NCBI GenBank assembly: GCA_963847445.1
Contig: CAWJZV010000030.1
Coordinates: forward strand, 32,001-96,000
DNA length: 64,000 nt
Direction: 5' to 3'
DNA from: an uncultured delta proteobacterium
Lineage (GTDB): Bacteria > Desulfobacterota > Binatia > UBA9968
In this document: positions 42,257-53,332 of the stretch, one piece after another
How the letters are laid out: each line of letters begins with the position of its first letter
Position numbering within the stretch: position 1 is the stretch's first letter
The notes under the pieces: model-generated
What the model was told of the DNA's origin: nothing
The model's database searches: none
Seen by the model: only the letters and a program-made list of their open reading frames with translations
Translations under genes and position numbers: made by a program

Positions 42257-42312
42257 GATGCTATTTGTACTCCGTTTCTTAGACGCTGGTGGGAACCTGG
42301 GCTTCAGATCGA

Positions 42313-43284
42313 CTACAGATTCTCGAGTTTCTTCAAAGTCGCGCCGTAATCCTGCGACCGCCTTGTCGATTGGATAATCCGGCTCATAGCCCAGTTGCTC
42401 CTTGGCCCGGAGAAGTCGCTCGACAAGCGCGAGTCGGGATAGGGCATCGGATTGTTAGTTTTGACGATTTCGATATTGGCGCCGGGGAATTTCTTGCGGA
42501 TCGCCGCAACGATATCCTCGCCGCTGACCATATCGGCGTTGCCGATGTGAAAGAGCGTGTCTTTGAACTTGTCTTTGCAGACCGCCAACACCGTCCCTTT
42601 GGCGGCGTCCTTGCCGTAGAGAATTTCCGCCGGGCCGTAGGGCCAGCTAATCTTCGCCGCCTCACCTTTGACGGCGGCGCGGATCATTTGTTGGATGGCG
42701 ATCTCACGGGTCGCTTTGAGCGCCGCCGGCGACGGACCGTAAAGTCCGCCGGTGTAGCGCAGGCAGATGAACTCAAAGTTGTAGCGCTTGGCATAGGCGC
42801 GGCCCATAAACTCACAGCTCGCCTTGGTCGCGGCGTAGACAGACGGCGGGTTCATCGGGATATTTTCGTCGATTTGCTTAACCCCTTCGCCTAACGAACC
42901 CAGGTAGACGGTGCCGGAACTGGGGAAGACGACGCGCCTGACGTTTTCTAAGCGCGCGGCTTCGAAGACATTGATGGTGCCCATGAAGTTCAAGCGCACG
43001 CCGCTGTAGGGCCGGCGTTGCACTTCCTCGCCAAGAAAGGCAGCCAGGTGGATAATCTGATCGCAATCGTTTTCGCGGATGGCCGAGATCAGCGCCGGCA
43101 TGTCCGCCATGTCGCCGCGGATCAGCGTTACCTTGCTGGTGTCGACACCGACGGCGCCGAGCAACCGCTCGTTGAGGGCGACGTCGAAGATCACTGGACG
43201 CTCGCCGCGCTCCAGCAACATCTGCGACGCATAGGCGCCAACTAGACCTGAACCACCGGTAATGAGAATGCCCTTCTTAGCCAT
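42313..43284 (-). CDS. NAD-dependent epimerase/dehydratase (extended SDR)
   Basis: TGGSGLVG, HLAA, YAATK. Confidence 0.9.
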   Translation of the reverse strand: MAKKGILITGGSGLVGAYASQMLLERGERPVIFDVALNERLLGAVGVDTSKVTLIRGDMADMPALISAIRENDCDQIIHLAAFLGEEVQRRPYSGVRLNFMGTINVFEAARLENVRRVVFPSSGTVYLGSLGEGVKQIDENIPMNPPSVYAATKASCEFMGRAYAKRYNFEFICLRYTGGLYGPSPAALKATREIAIQQMIRAAVKGEAAKISWPYGPAEILYGKDAAKGTVLAVCKDKFKDTLFHIGNADMVSGEDIVAAIRKKFPGANIEIVKTNNPMPYPDSRLSSDFSGPRSNWAMSRIIQSTRRSQDYGATLKKLENL

Positions 43285-43503
43285 CTCTTAGCCCCCCTGA
43301 CGAAAGTCGTGCCTTGAGTATATCAAACGAGATATTGAGTCAATGTGTATTCGATGGGTATTCGCCAATAGTCGCAATAAGTACAGTCCTCCATTCGATT
43401 GTGCTGAATTAGAGAAATAACCACCCAGCGTAGTTGACCAAAGACTAAATTCGCGCAATATGTCCGGCGCAACGTCTAATCATCGCAGTGGAGGTAAGAA
43501 TGC

Positions 43504-44503
43504 ATGTCCATCAAAACCACTTTGTCCACACTAGTCAGTACTAATCACGGCAGTAGCTTCCATAGCCCGCAGGTCTCGGCTCAAGAAAGACTGCGCCTGG
43601 CTTGGGCCGGCTTCAGTCCGACCAATAGTCCCATCTGGGTCATGGAAGATCGAAAACTGCTGCAGAAACAGGGCGTCGACTCCGGAAATCATCGCGATCA
43701 ACGCCAGCCCCACTGTGCTCCAAGCCTTGCTCGCCGATGAAATCGATGCGGCCAGCGTCTCGGTGACGACCCTCACCAGTTCCCGCCTGCAAGGTGCGGA
43801 TACGGTCATGATCGTCGGCGTCGTGCCGACCTTTGTCGACCACATCATTTCGCGTCAAAGCATCACCAAGGTCGATCAATTGAAGGGCAAAGTCGGCGGC
43901 GTCAATCGTCTCGGCAGCACCTCCGACCTGGGTCTTGCGCCTGGCTCTGCGCAAACTCGGCGTCGATCCGGAGAAAGGATGTAAAGATTCTGCCCGTCGG
44001 CGGCAACCCGGAACGCTTCGCCGCGCTGTCGAAAGGCTTGACTCAGTTCACCATCATGCCGGAACCGTTTCTGACCCAGGCCGAGAAGCTCGGTTTTCGC
44101 AATCTTTACAATGTCACTGATCTTGAAAATCCCCTTCTGGTGGAACGGCATCCTGAGCCGCGAAGCGATCGTCAAGACCAAACGGCCGCTACTGCTCAAA
44201 CTCACCCGCGCCATGATCGAAGCGATCCATATCATCAAGACCGAAAAGGAGTACGCCAAGGCACTGTTTCAAAAAAATCTCGGCGTCGCCGATCCCGAAG
44301 GGCTGGAGCGCGCCTACATGGACTATTCCGCCGTCTTCCCCGAAGTCCCCTACCCCACTGCCGATGGCGTGAAGACCATGCTCGACGACCTCGCCCCGCG
44401 CAACCCGAAAGCCGGCGCGGCGGATGCCAAGACCTTTGTCGATATGAGCTTGGTCGCCGAGCTGGAGAAGTCGGGGTTTATCAAGCAGCTGTACAAGAAA
44501 TAG
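43504..44503 (+). CDS. NitT/TauT-family ABC substrate-binding protein, frameshifted
   Basis: LKGKVGGVNRLGSTSD, PYPTADGVK, ELEKSGFIKQLYK. Confidence 0.88.
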
Positions 44504-44509
44504 CGAGTT

Positions 44510-44588
44510 GGGGAATTGGAGTAATGGAGTGATGGAGTGATGGTATTCCGCGCCAATACTCCATTACTCCATCGCTCCACTACTCCAG
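44510..44588. repeat. GGAGTRAT tandem/inverted repeat element (second copy 45526-45592)
   Basis: TGGAGTAATGGAGTGATGGAGTGATGG...AATACTCCATTACTCCA; the two copies flank the SDR gene. Confidence 0.7.
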
Positions 44589-44679
44589 TTTGCTTATAGC
44601 CCTCGCAGTTGAAATCCCTCGCCAGCCTGGGATAAGTGAAGCGAAGAACTTCACACAAAAAAGCTAGGAGGCACAAACG

Positions 44680-45515
44680 ATGGCGGAAATCATTCTAAAA
44701 GACGAACACGACATGCTGCGTCCCGGACTCGGACGGCTCAAAGGTAAAGTTGCGATTGTTACCGGCGCCAACAGCGGCATCGGCCGTGCCACTTCACGCC
44801 TGTTCGCTCGCGAGGGCGCAAAGGTCGTTTGCTGCGATATCCAAGAAACCATCTCGCCGCGCATTGATATTTTGATCAAAGAGAAAGAAGGCGGCGATGC
44901 GCTGTTCGTCCACTGCGATGTCACCAAGCAGGAAGATTTGGACCGGGCGGTCAAGAGCGCCGTCGACACCTTCGGCAAAGTGGACATACTCTACAACAAC
45001 GCCGGCGCCGGCATTCGCAAAAAAGTCCATGAACACACCGACGAGGAATGGAACTTTGTCGTGAATACCAACTTGAACGCCATGTACCGCGGCGCCACGC
45101 GCGGTGATGCCGACAGTTCATCAAACAAGGCAACGGCAACATGGTGACCACGGCGTCGACCTTCGGCCTGCTCGCCTCGGCGGAATATCCCGGCTACTGC
45201 GCCACCAAAGCGGCGATCATCAATCTGACCCGCGAAATGGCCATCGATTACGGCCCGCTGGGTATTCGCGTCAACTGCGTCTGTCCCGGCGCCATCGAGA
45301 CGCCGCGCTTCAGAGGCTTTCCGCCCCGACCGACGCTCGGTGAAGGCATGACCGACGAGCAAAGAAAGAGGATGGGCGCCAGCAACAAAGCGCTGCTACG
45401 CATGGGCCGCCCGGAAGAGATCGCCTACGGCGTGCTCTTCCTGGTTTCCGATGAAGCAACCTTCGTCACCGGCCATGCCCTGGTAGTCGACGGCGGTCAA
45501 ACCATCGCGGTGTAG
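44680..45515 (+). CDS. SDR oxidoreductase, frameshift ~45110
   Basis: TGANSGIG, NNAG, YCATK, VDGG. Confidence 0.92.
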
Positions 45516-45635
45516 GACGACAAATTGGAGTGATGGAGTACTGGAGTGATTGGAGTGTTGATCGAATCCGAAGCCAATACTCCATCACTCCATTCTTTCC
45601 GGGCCGACGCTGTCGGCGTCATCAGCTTTTCCGTC

Positions 45636-46483
45636 TCAACGCGGTAGATCGAATCCGTCGCCGCGTAGGAGATACTCGCGGGCGAACACTGCGACAGCAA
45701 CGGCAAGATCATTGGCGGTGCGCTCCAGGTTCGCCTTTGCGCGCAGATCGCTACCCAGTTCCAACTGGATCGCGTCGATCTTCGTCCCTCGATGGCTGCC
45801 GTAAGTACGGGTCGTATAACCGCCGGTGTAGCGAGTCTCGCGATCCTTCCCGGCCGGATCCGGCAGAATCTTGTAACCGATCGAAGCGAGATGTCCCAAC
45901 ACGCTCTTGGGTCCGCTTACGGCCGCAGCGCCGAATCGTTTATTTAGTTGGACAACGCTCTTGCCATTATCCGTGCCGCGGTAGATCGCTTCCGCCAGCG
46001 TCCCCTGGGCATGAATGTCGAGCAACAAACCGCTGCCCCATTTCAGCCGAATCGCTGCCGCAGCGTCACCCATGGCGCGATGATAACCATCATAGAAGGG
46101 CTGGGCTTGCGGCGATTCATAAGCTGCAACAGCCGGTCCGGTTGGCGTCGACAAATTTGCGTTCGAACCGGGCGACCACGAGAAACGGCGTGGCGCCCAA
46201 TCGCTCGCGCAGCTTTTACCGCCAACATTTCAGCCAATTCCGCGGTGTTACTGTCGCGTTCGGCGGTGAATTGCGCCACGCCGACGCCGCGCCGCGGCGC
46301 GACACCGGGGATCGCCTCCCGGCCGCCATGAGGCGCGGCAAGAATGATTGGCAGAGAGCCGGCCCACAGGGTTAAGAGTTTATCGTTATCCGGAGGATTT
46401 GAGCGACGGCATTGAGCATGAATAAGTAGAGTACGCTGCGAATAGTAACCAGCGCAGCGATTGAACCTGGCTCTGTTGCACAT
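45636..46483 (-). CDS. N-formylglutamate amidohydrolase family protein, frameshifted
   Basis: IILAAPHGG, YDGYH, LLLDIHAQ, DAIQLELG. Confidence 0.75.
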
Positions 46484-46546
46484 TGCGACCTGTTACCGGC
46501 AAGTAAACTTCAACTCCTGTGCGACCGCTCCAAGTGCACGCGGAAA

Positions 46547-47270
46547 CTACTTCGGCTCAGGCATCTTGGCGGAAAGTTTTTTCAAAAACTCCGGCGGAAA
46601 CGGCTCGGCTCTTGAGTTCGCGGGCGCGCTTGGCTTTGATCCACGCCTCCGAGTAACGCTCCTGGTCGTACAACGATATCGCCCACTCGCGCCAGCCCGA
46701 GGCAAATTTGGGATCGTTCTCCAAGCTCTCGGTGAAGCGGCTATTGGCCATGACGAAATGGTGCGCCCGCTCCAACTGTTTGTCGGCGCCAAGGCGCGAA
46801 GCATACTCCGAATGGACATTGCCGAGGTCGGCGAGCAATGCCGGCCTTTGCGTCGGATCGTCGATCAGTTCCCGCGCGGTCTCTAGCTGCTCGATCGCTT
46901 CCATCAATTTGCCGCGCTCGCTCAATACCGCGCCAAATCCCCAGAAGGCGCTGTAGTTTTTCGGATTGAGCAGCCAGGCATGATTGAAGCGCAGCATCGC
47001 CGCATCGAGCTGTTTGGCTCGCACCGCGCTCCAACCCTGGGAGGCGAAAGCACTGCTAGCGGCTTGGCGAGTTTTATAGCGCAGCGTGTTGTCGCGGATA
47101 AACGCTTCATCGGCTTGCTTCTGGCTCTCCGATCGGACTACTTTCGGCTGGCCGAACATCGGCAATGTGTCGGGATTGACGGGCGTTTGCGCCGCGGCGA
47201 CAACCGTGCTGCAATAGACCACGATGCCAAGCAAGAGCGCAACGGCTTTAAGACTGAACAACGTTCTCAT
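46547..47270 (-). CDS. Exported tetratricopeptide-repeat protein
   Basis: Signal peptide; AMLRFNHAWLLNPKNYSAFWGFG TPR-like helices. Confidence 0.8.
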
Positions 47271-47394
47271 TCAAACGACCGCCTTTTTGCTGACGCATAA
47301 TCACCGCTTTTTTCATTAGACGCAACAACTCGCCTTGACAGTTAAAAACATCTAAGGCTATTTTGACGGCAAAGCAAATTATTGGAGCGATTTT

Positions 47395-48165
47395 ATGATT
47401 CAAGGACTAAAAGACAAAGTGGTTATCGTCACCGGCGGCGGCCACGGCATCGGCCGGGCTTATTGTCACGGCTTCGCCGAAGCGGGGGCGAAGGTCATAG
47501 TCGCGGACATCGACGCGCCGGCGGCGGAAAAAGTCGCCGGCGAAGTGGTCCAGCAATTCGATGGCAAAGCGCTGGCGGCGAAAGTCGACGTCGCCAACGA
47601 GCAGTCGACGAAGGACATGGCTAAACTGACATTGGATAAATTCAGCCGTATCGACGTGCTGGTCAACAACGCGGCGATATTTTCGACGATCCCGATGAAC
47701 CGCGGCGGCATCGACACCATCGATCCGGCGGAGTGGGACCGCATGATGACGGTCAATCTCAAAGGGCTATTTTTTTGTTCTCGTGCCGTGCTGCCGGCCA
47801 TGCGCCAGCAAAAGTCGGGCAAGATCATCAATATCTCTTCCGGCACGGCGCTCAACGGCAGCGCCGGGCGGATTCACTACGTCACTTCCAAGGCTGGCGT
47901 CATCGGCTTCACCCGCACTCTGGCCCGCGAAGTCGGCGAAGATAACATCAATGTCAACGCCATCGCCCCCGGCTCGACCTTGTCTGAAGAGAATCCCACC
48001 GAAGAAGTTCTCAAAATGCGCGGCGCCCGCTTGTCCGATCGCGCGTTGAAGCGCGTGCAGCTGCCGAAGGATCTCGTCGGCACCATGCTGTTTCTCGCCT
48101 CGCCGCTGAGCGACTTCATGACCGGCCAGACCGTCGCCGTCGACGGCGGCGTATGTTTTCTATGA
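47395..48165 (+). CDS. SDR oxidoreductase (FabG-like)
   Basis: TGGGHGIG, NNAA, YVTSK, VDGG. Confidence 0.93.
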   Translation: MIQGLKDKVVIVTGGGHGIGRAYCHGFAEAGAKVIVADIDAPAAEKVAGEVVQQFDGKALAAKVDVANEQSTKDMAKLTLDKFSRIDVLVNNAAIFSTIPMNRGGIDTIDPAEWDRMMTVNLKGLFFCSRAVLPAMRQQKSGKIINISSGTALNGSAGRIHYVTSKAGVIGFTRTLAREVGEDNINVNAIAPGSTLSEENPTEEVLKMRGARLSDRALKRVQLPKDLVGTMLFLASPLSDFMTGQTVAVDGGVCFL

Positions 48166-48230
48166 ATGGGAGTTAGACATTCAAGCGGAAAGAACACAGC
48201 TCGGCAGAGCCGCAAACGAAACTCGGAATA

Positions 48231-48346
48231 TCTCCCGCAAAGACGCCAAGGCCGCAAAGGTCGGAAAAAAATCGAACGAGATGGTTTGTGAAATTATCAA
48301 TCCTTCGATTCCGAACTTTGCGATACTTTGCGCCTTGGCGGGAGAT
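48231..48346. repeat. CGCAAAG-family MITE/REP-like inverted repeat
   Basis: TCTCCCGCAAAGACGCCAAGGCCGCAAAGGTCGGAA...TTCCGAACTTTGCGATACTTTGCGCCTTGGCGGGAGA. Confidence 0.75.
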
Positions 48347-48383
48347 AAACTCCCCTCATGTGCAGCTTTGAGGAGTTAGATCA

Positions 48384-49221
48384 ATGGCCGCTTATCAGCA
48401 CCGGACAATTGTCGTCGGCGACATCAAGACTCATTTCCTCGAAGCCGGCAGCGGTCCCGATCTGGTGTTACTTCATGGCGGCGAGTACGGCGCGTCGGCG
48501 GAGATAACCTGGCGCTACAACATCGACGCGCTGTCAAAGACTTTTCACGTTATCGCACCGGACACCCTCGGCTGGGGACAAACCGACAAACTTTACAGCT
48601 TTAGCGATCCGGCCGGCCTGCGCATCAAGCACCTCCAGCGTTTTCTCGAATCATTGGGCATCGGCAAGGCGTTCTTCGTCGGCAATTCCGCCGGCGGCGG
48701 TCTGATCTTGCGCGCCTCCGTGCGCCAACCCGGCGCCGCTGCAGATCCGCAAGATGGTCACCATCTGCGGCAACGCCAGCGTGTTCAAGACCAACTCCCA
48801 AGCCGACCTGGAAAACTACACGCCGTCGCTGGAGAACATGAAAAAGATCGTCGCGCTGCTCTATCACGACGCCAAATGGCAGAGCGACGACAACATTCGC
48901 GAGCGCTATGAAAGCTCGATCCTGCCCGGCGCCTGGGAAACGCTTTCAGCGGCGCGCTTGCGCAGCCCGGCGCATCAAGTGCGCTCGACAACGGATGAGT
49001 TCGTCAAGCAACTGTCGCAGCTGACCATCCCGCTGCTGCTCATGTCCTGCGAACATGATCCGCTCAACCAGCGCGATTGGGATGTCAATTTTCAAAAAAT
49101 CGTTGCCGGCTCCAAAGTTCATCGCTTCAAGCATTCGGCCCATGAACCGCAGATCGAAGAGACTGAAGAGTTTAACCGGGTGCTGACGGAATTTTTACTG
49201 AGCGAGGGTGAGGCATCATGA
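48384..49221 (+). CDS. Alpha/beta hydrolase (meta-cleavage-product hydrolase-like), frameshift ~48735
   Basis: LLHGG, GNSAGG nucleophile elbow, CEHD, SAHEPQIE. Confidence 0.88.
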
Positions 49222-50222
49222 AGATCAGACGGATCCGGCGGATCGGACCCATCGGTCTGATCCTTTTGGCGAGCGTGCTGGCTTCGGCGAACGCCCACGC
49301 CCAGCTTACCCGCCTCAAGACTTCCTACAGCGCGCTGACCGCCAACATGGCGGCTTATTGGCTGGCCAAAGAAGCCAAGATCTTCGAGAAGCATGGGCTC
49401 AGCGTCGACGTCGTTTTGATCGAGAGCGGCGTCACCACGGTCCAGGCGCTCACCGCCGGAGAGACGCAAATCGCCATGGGCGGCGGCACCGTTGCAGTCA
49501 GTAGCAATCTGGCGGGCAGCGATATCGTGTCGATCTCGAGCATCGAAAGCCGCATGCCCTACGCGCTGCTGGCGCAAAAAGAAATAAAGACCATCGACCA
49601 GCTCAAAGGCAAACGCTTGGCGGTGTCCCGCTTTGGCAGCGCATCCGATCTGGCGGCGCGTTTGATCTTGCAGCGCTACGGATTGGCGCCCGACAAAGAT
49701 GTCACCATCCTGCAGACCGGCGGCACGAGCACGCGGCTATCGGCGTTGAGCAAGCGCAGCGTCGACTGCACCGTGTTGACGCCGGAATTTTTCAATATCG
49801 GCAAGAAAGCCGGTTTCACCATCCTCGTCGACCCGACCCAGTACGATATCCCCTTCCCGCAACTCGAAGTGATCACCACCCGCGCCTATCTGAAAGCCCA
49901 ACCCGAGGTGATCACCCGCTACATGCGCGCCATCGTCGAAGGTATCTACATGGTCAAACAAAACCCGGAGCCGTCGATCCGGGCGCTGAGTAAGTATCTG
50001 AAGATAGACGACCGCGAAGCGCTCGAAGAAGTCTACAAGCTCTACAAAGAACTATATCCCCAGATTCCCCATCCCTCGCCCGCGGCGATCCAAACCCAGC
50101 TCACCTGGATGGCGGAAAAAGATCCCCGCGCCAAGGCGGCCAAACCGGAACAGTTCATCGACGGCACGATCTTACGCGAGATCGAGAAGAGCGGTTTCGT
50201 GGCGAAGCTATATCAAAAGTAA
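49218..50222 (+). CDS. NitT/TauT-family ABC substrate-binding protein
   Basis: Signal peptide; LKGKRLAVSRFGSASD; EIEKSGFVAKLY. Confidence 0.92.
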   Translation: MKIRRIRRIGPIGLILLASVLASANAHAQLTRLKTSYSALTANMAAYWLAKEAKIFEKHGLSVDVVLIESGVTTVQALTAGETQIAMGGGTVAVSSNLAGSDIVSISSIESRMPYALLAQKEIKTIDQLKGKRLAVSRFGSASDLAARLILQRYGLAPDKDVTILQTGGTSTRLSALSKRSVDCTVLTPEFFNIGKKAGFTILVDPTQYDIPFPQLEVITTRAYLKAQPEVITRYMRAIVEGIYMVKQNPEPSIRALSKYLKIDDREALEEVYKLYKELYPQIPHPSPAAIQTQLTWMAEKDPRAKAAKPEQFIDGTILREIEKSGFVAKLYQK

Positions 50223-50249
50223 CTACGTCTGTGGCAGGTCACGACTAAG

Positions 50250-51205
50250 TTACTTCACCTTGATGCCCAGCTCTCTCTGCACCTCGCGTAGAATTGACAG
50301 ATCCGCGACTTCACTCAGGGCGATTTCGCGATCGACTTTGGTCACCGACTTGGTGTCTTCGATGAGTCTGCGCAGTCCGTCTTCCGGCAGATTTCCGTCG
50401 TCGTTAAAGCCCTTCACAAGCGAGCCATACAGCGCCGTGGCGGTCTCTTTGTCGAGCCGGTAGGTGCTCATCAACACTTCGATGGTGCCATCGCGATTGG
50501 CTGCGCATGTAGCGGTTGGCTTTGATGCCGGCCCTGATCGCCCGGCGAATCTCATCCGGCCGCTCCTTGATCTTGCGGCTATGAGCGATCAGGCCGCTGA
50601 TCGGATAGCTAAATAGATCTTCGGCTCGCGCCAGGATGGTCAAACCCAACTTCCTGCTGCGGTAATCCCAAGGAACCGGCATCACCTGAGCATCGATCTG
50701 TCCCTGACTCATCCGCATCAGAGCGGTCTCGCCGCCGGGACTAGCGATAAACTTGAGGTCTTTGTCCGGGTCCATGCCAAAATGTTTTATTATCAAGCGA
50801 GCGACCAAATCAGGCGCGCTGCCCGGCGCTGCGCCAATGGTTTTGCCCTTGAGATCTTTGACGGTTTTTAGCTCCGGTCGGCTGAGCAAGACGAAATGCG
50901 CCACGGGCCGAAAGCAAGCCACGATCCTGGTCGGCAGCTGACCCTGAAGCATCGCCCGCATCGCCGAGCCAAAGCCCGTGTAGTAGTCAATGTCGCCGCT
51001 GGCCAATGCGACATTCGCCACCGGCCCGGTGATCGTGATGATCTCGGCATCGAAGCCCTCTTCGCGCAGGAAACCGCGCTTTTGCGCAGAGCGAAAGCGT
51101 GAAATGACCCGCATCGGCCGGCATGCCGATGCGAATCTTGTCCGCTGCTTGGGCAGTGGTCTGGAGTAGACAGATAATCAGTAGGCTACCAATTATCTCT
51201 CGCAT
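50250..51205 (-). CDS. NitT/TauT-family ABC substrate-binding protein, frameshifted
   Basis: ADKIRIG, GFLREEG, LKGKTIG. Confidence 0.85.
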
Positions 51206-51215
51206 TTTTTGTTCC

Positions 51216-52451
51216 TTATCGTGCCGCGCTTTGGGTGAGCGGTTTTAAATAATTTTGCACAGCATATTGCCCGTTTTTCTTTCCCATCGCCGCACCGACT
51301 TCGCCAGAGGTGCGATAGTGCACACCGTCATAAACCCGTGCATTGACGACTTCGGTGACATAGTCGGACAACTTGGAAAATTTACGCGTCACTCCCGGTG
51401 CGGTCGTGCTGGTCATGGTAAACGTCGGCACCGCGTCGCCGAAAAAGGCTTCGAGCACGCTACCTGCACTACCTTGAGAGATGCAATGAGCACAGGGATA
51501 TTCCGGATGCATCGGCGTTGCAATAATCGGTTCCCAAGTCGGATCGCGCTCGGTGGCGTTATTGCCATCCATATCTGCGTTACGGATAGCCGTCACCGGG
51601 CGCCAGAAATTGTAGGCATATTTGGCATCGAAGATCGCAATACCTGCATCGGCCGTTGCCATGGAGAAAAGCGCAAACAAGCGCGCGTTATCCAAGACAT
51701 CAAGCCCTTTAGCCGCCGAAAGCTGGCGTACCACGGGGTTGTACGTCGCCGGTCCGGTCAAAGCCCAGAAGCGCGCGATATCCGTCTGCTCCGCCGTGCG
51801 TGCCGATCCGGTCTTTGCTCCGATTTTTTTTACTTCGTTGAAATCTTTGGCCCACTGCGCGCTTTTGAGCGAGTAAGGGGCTGGCGGCCGCAACTGATTG
51901 CCAGACTTAAGTGAAAAAGGTCTCACCGCGCTAGCACTTGAGTTAATTGGGAAGACGGTCGGAACGTACTTGCCGGCAACCGTGAATGGCCGATAGGTGT
52001 TAGGTGCGTCCGAGCCATCGTCGCGCCGATCGCCGACGATCGCCGCGCCCGCCATTTGGCCGAGCTGCACACCTTGTGTCTTGGAGGTTCCATCCGGCAC
52101 GGCAGTAAGTGACGCTTGGAGCGCCTTATCCAGTTCCGCGGTTTGATCGGGATACACTTTGACCAAAACGGTATGGGCGGCGCTGGCGGCCGCGGCCTCG
52201 CGGGACGCGCCGGGCTCCGCCGATAAGCGGGCTCGATATGGAGTATAACGAGGCTCGATTGAGTTGACCGCCTCGAACATCGCCAAATGAACCATGGTAA
52301 TGGCTCTAGCCGTTGGGGAATTGCCGACGCGCGCCTTATCGCCGGCGACAACCGCTCTTTCGTTCCAGTCGGCAATGACATCGGCGCGTGCTGATCCGGC
52401 CAACCCAGCAAACAGAAACACGGCTAGAATGCTACTGGTTAAGTTTCTCAT
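51216..52451 (-). CDS. Secreted PAP2 / vanadium-dependent haloperoxidase-family protein
   Basis: Signal peptide; AKYAYNFWRP, HPEYPCAH, ARVYDGVHYRTS; RBS AGGAGG. Confidence 0.88.
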   Translation of the reverse strand: MRNLTSSILAVFLFAGLAGSARADVIADWNERAVVAGDKARVGNSPTARAITMVHLAMFEAVNSIEPRYTPYRARLSAEPGASREAAAASAAHTVLVKVYPDQTAELDKALQASLTAVPDGTSKTQGVQLGQMAGAAIVGDRRDDGSDAPNTYRPFTVAGKYVPTVFPINSSASAVRPFSLKSGNQLRPPAPYSLKSAQWAKDFNEVKKIGAKTGSARTAEQTDIARFWALTGPATYNPVVRQLSAAKGLDVLDNARLFALFSMATADAGIAIFDAKYAYNFWRPVTAIRNADMDGNNATERDPTWEPIIATPMHPEYPCAHCISQGSAGSVLEAFFGDAVPTFTMTSTTAPGVTRKFSKLSDYVTEVVNARVYDGVHYRTSGEVGAAMGKKNGQYAVQNYLKPLTQSAAR

Positions 52452-52582
52452 GGTTTCCTCCTGACAAAATGTTAGGGATTTATTGGCGGAGAGCATCGAC
52501 GGGCGGCACTTTGTTCGCGACCTTCGAGCCCGGCGCGCGGCGCAGTTGCGACCTCGCCGCGCGCTGGGCTCTGCCACACAGC

Positions 52583-53123
52583 TTATTTTCCCGGTAGCAC
52601 TTTCACGAAACCGAACATTTCAAACCCCCCTGTCGGGGGAGTAAAATGATTTTTGCGCGCACAGATTACGAGGTAGGTGCCGGGCTTTGAGAACTGTACT
52701 ACTTCAACGCCGTCGCGCCGACCAGTAAAGCATGGCCCCCGGTAAATTCGATCATTAGAGTCACTGAGAACCCCACCGGCCGTCGTAGCACAAGTAGTAG
52801 CCGGCTCTGTGTTGGTCAAATTGATGTCCTCAGGCTGGGTTCCGTCATCGTAGATGGCTACGACGTGGCCACCGCTAATGTTGAAACTGACCGAGCCGCC
52901 TTGCTTTATGGTCGTGATCATGAGGATAGCAGTCTCGTGATTATTGCCCACGCCCCCACCTGGGTCACCAAGTATGCGGTCCAGCGGCGGATCCGCTTTC
53001 CCACTGTCCAAAGCTTACCGTTGCATTCGCCATCGGACCATCAATGGCCATCGCCGAGGAAGCAATCATAGCGACTCCACAGAAGGTCAAAATACTTATT
53101 AGCGAAATTATCGAACGTTGCAT
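52583..53123 (-). CDS. Secreted cupredoxin-like (type-1 copper) protein, frameshift ~53000
   Basis: Signal peptide MQRSIISL...; GGH, FSKPGTYLVIC-ARKN-HF...EMFGFVKV (H...C..H..M ligand pattern). Confidence 0.7.
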
Positions 53124-53332
53124 TTGTTTCTCCTCTGGTTTTTCAAAATCATAGAAGTAATCGTCCGTAACGAACCCCGTGGCGCACGCCGTTCGCCCCC
53201 TGAAGGCCCACGGACAACCTTCGGGGGGCAACTTGCAAGCAGCTCGGCATACCTCCGTGCTGCGTTTCTCTGCAGAATCGAATTTCTGCATTCGTTGGCT
53301 ACCTTCCAACGACCGCAGTCGCTGACCAGCTA

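Noticed and set aside
44510-45592. CRISPR array
   Set aside because: Units are about 8 bp with no unique ~30-bp spacers, and there are no cas genes
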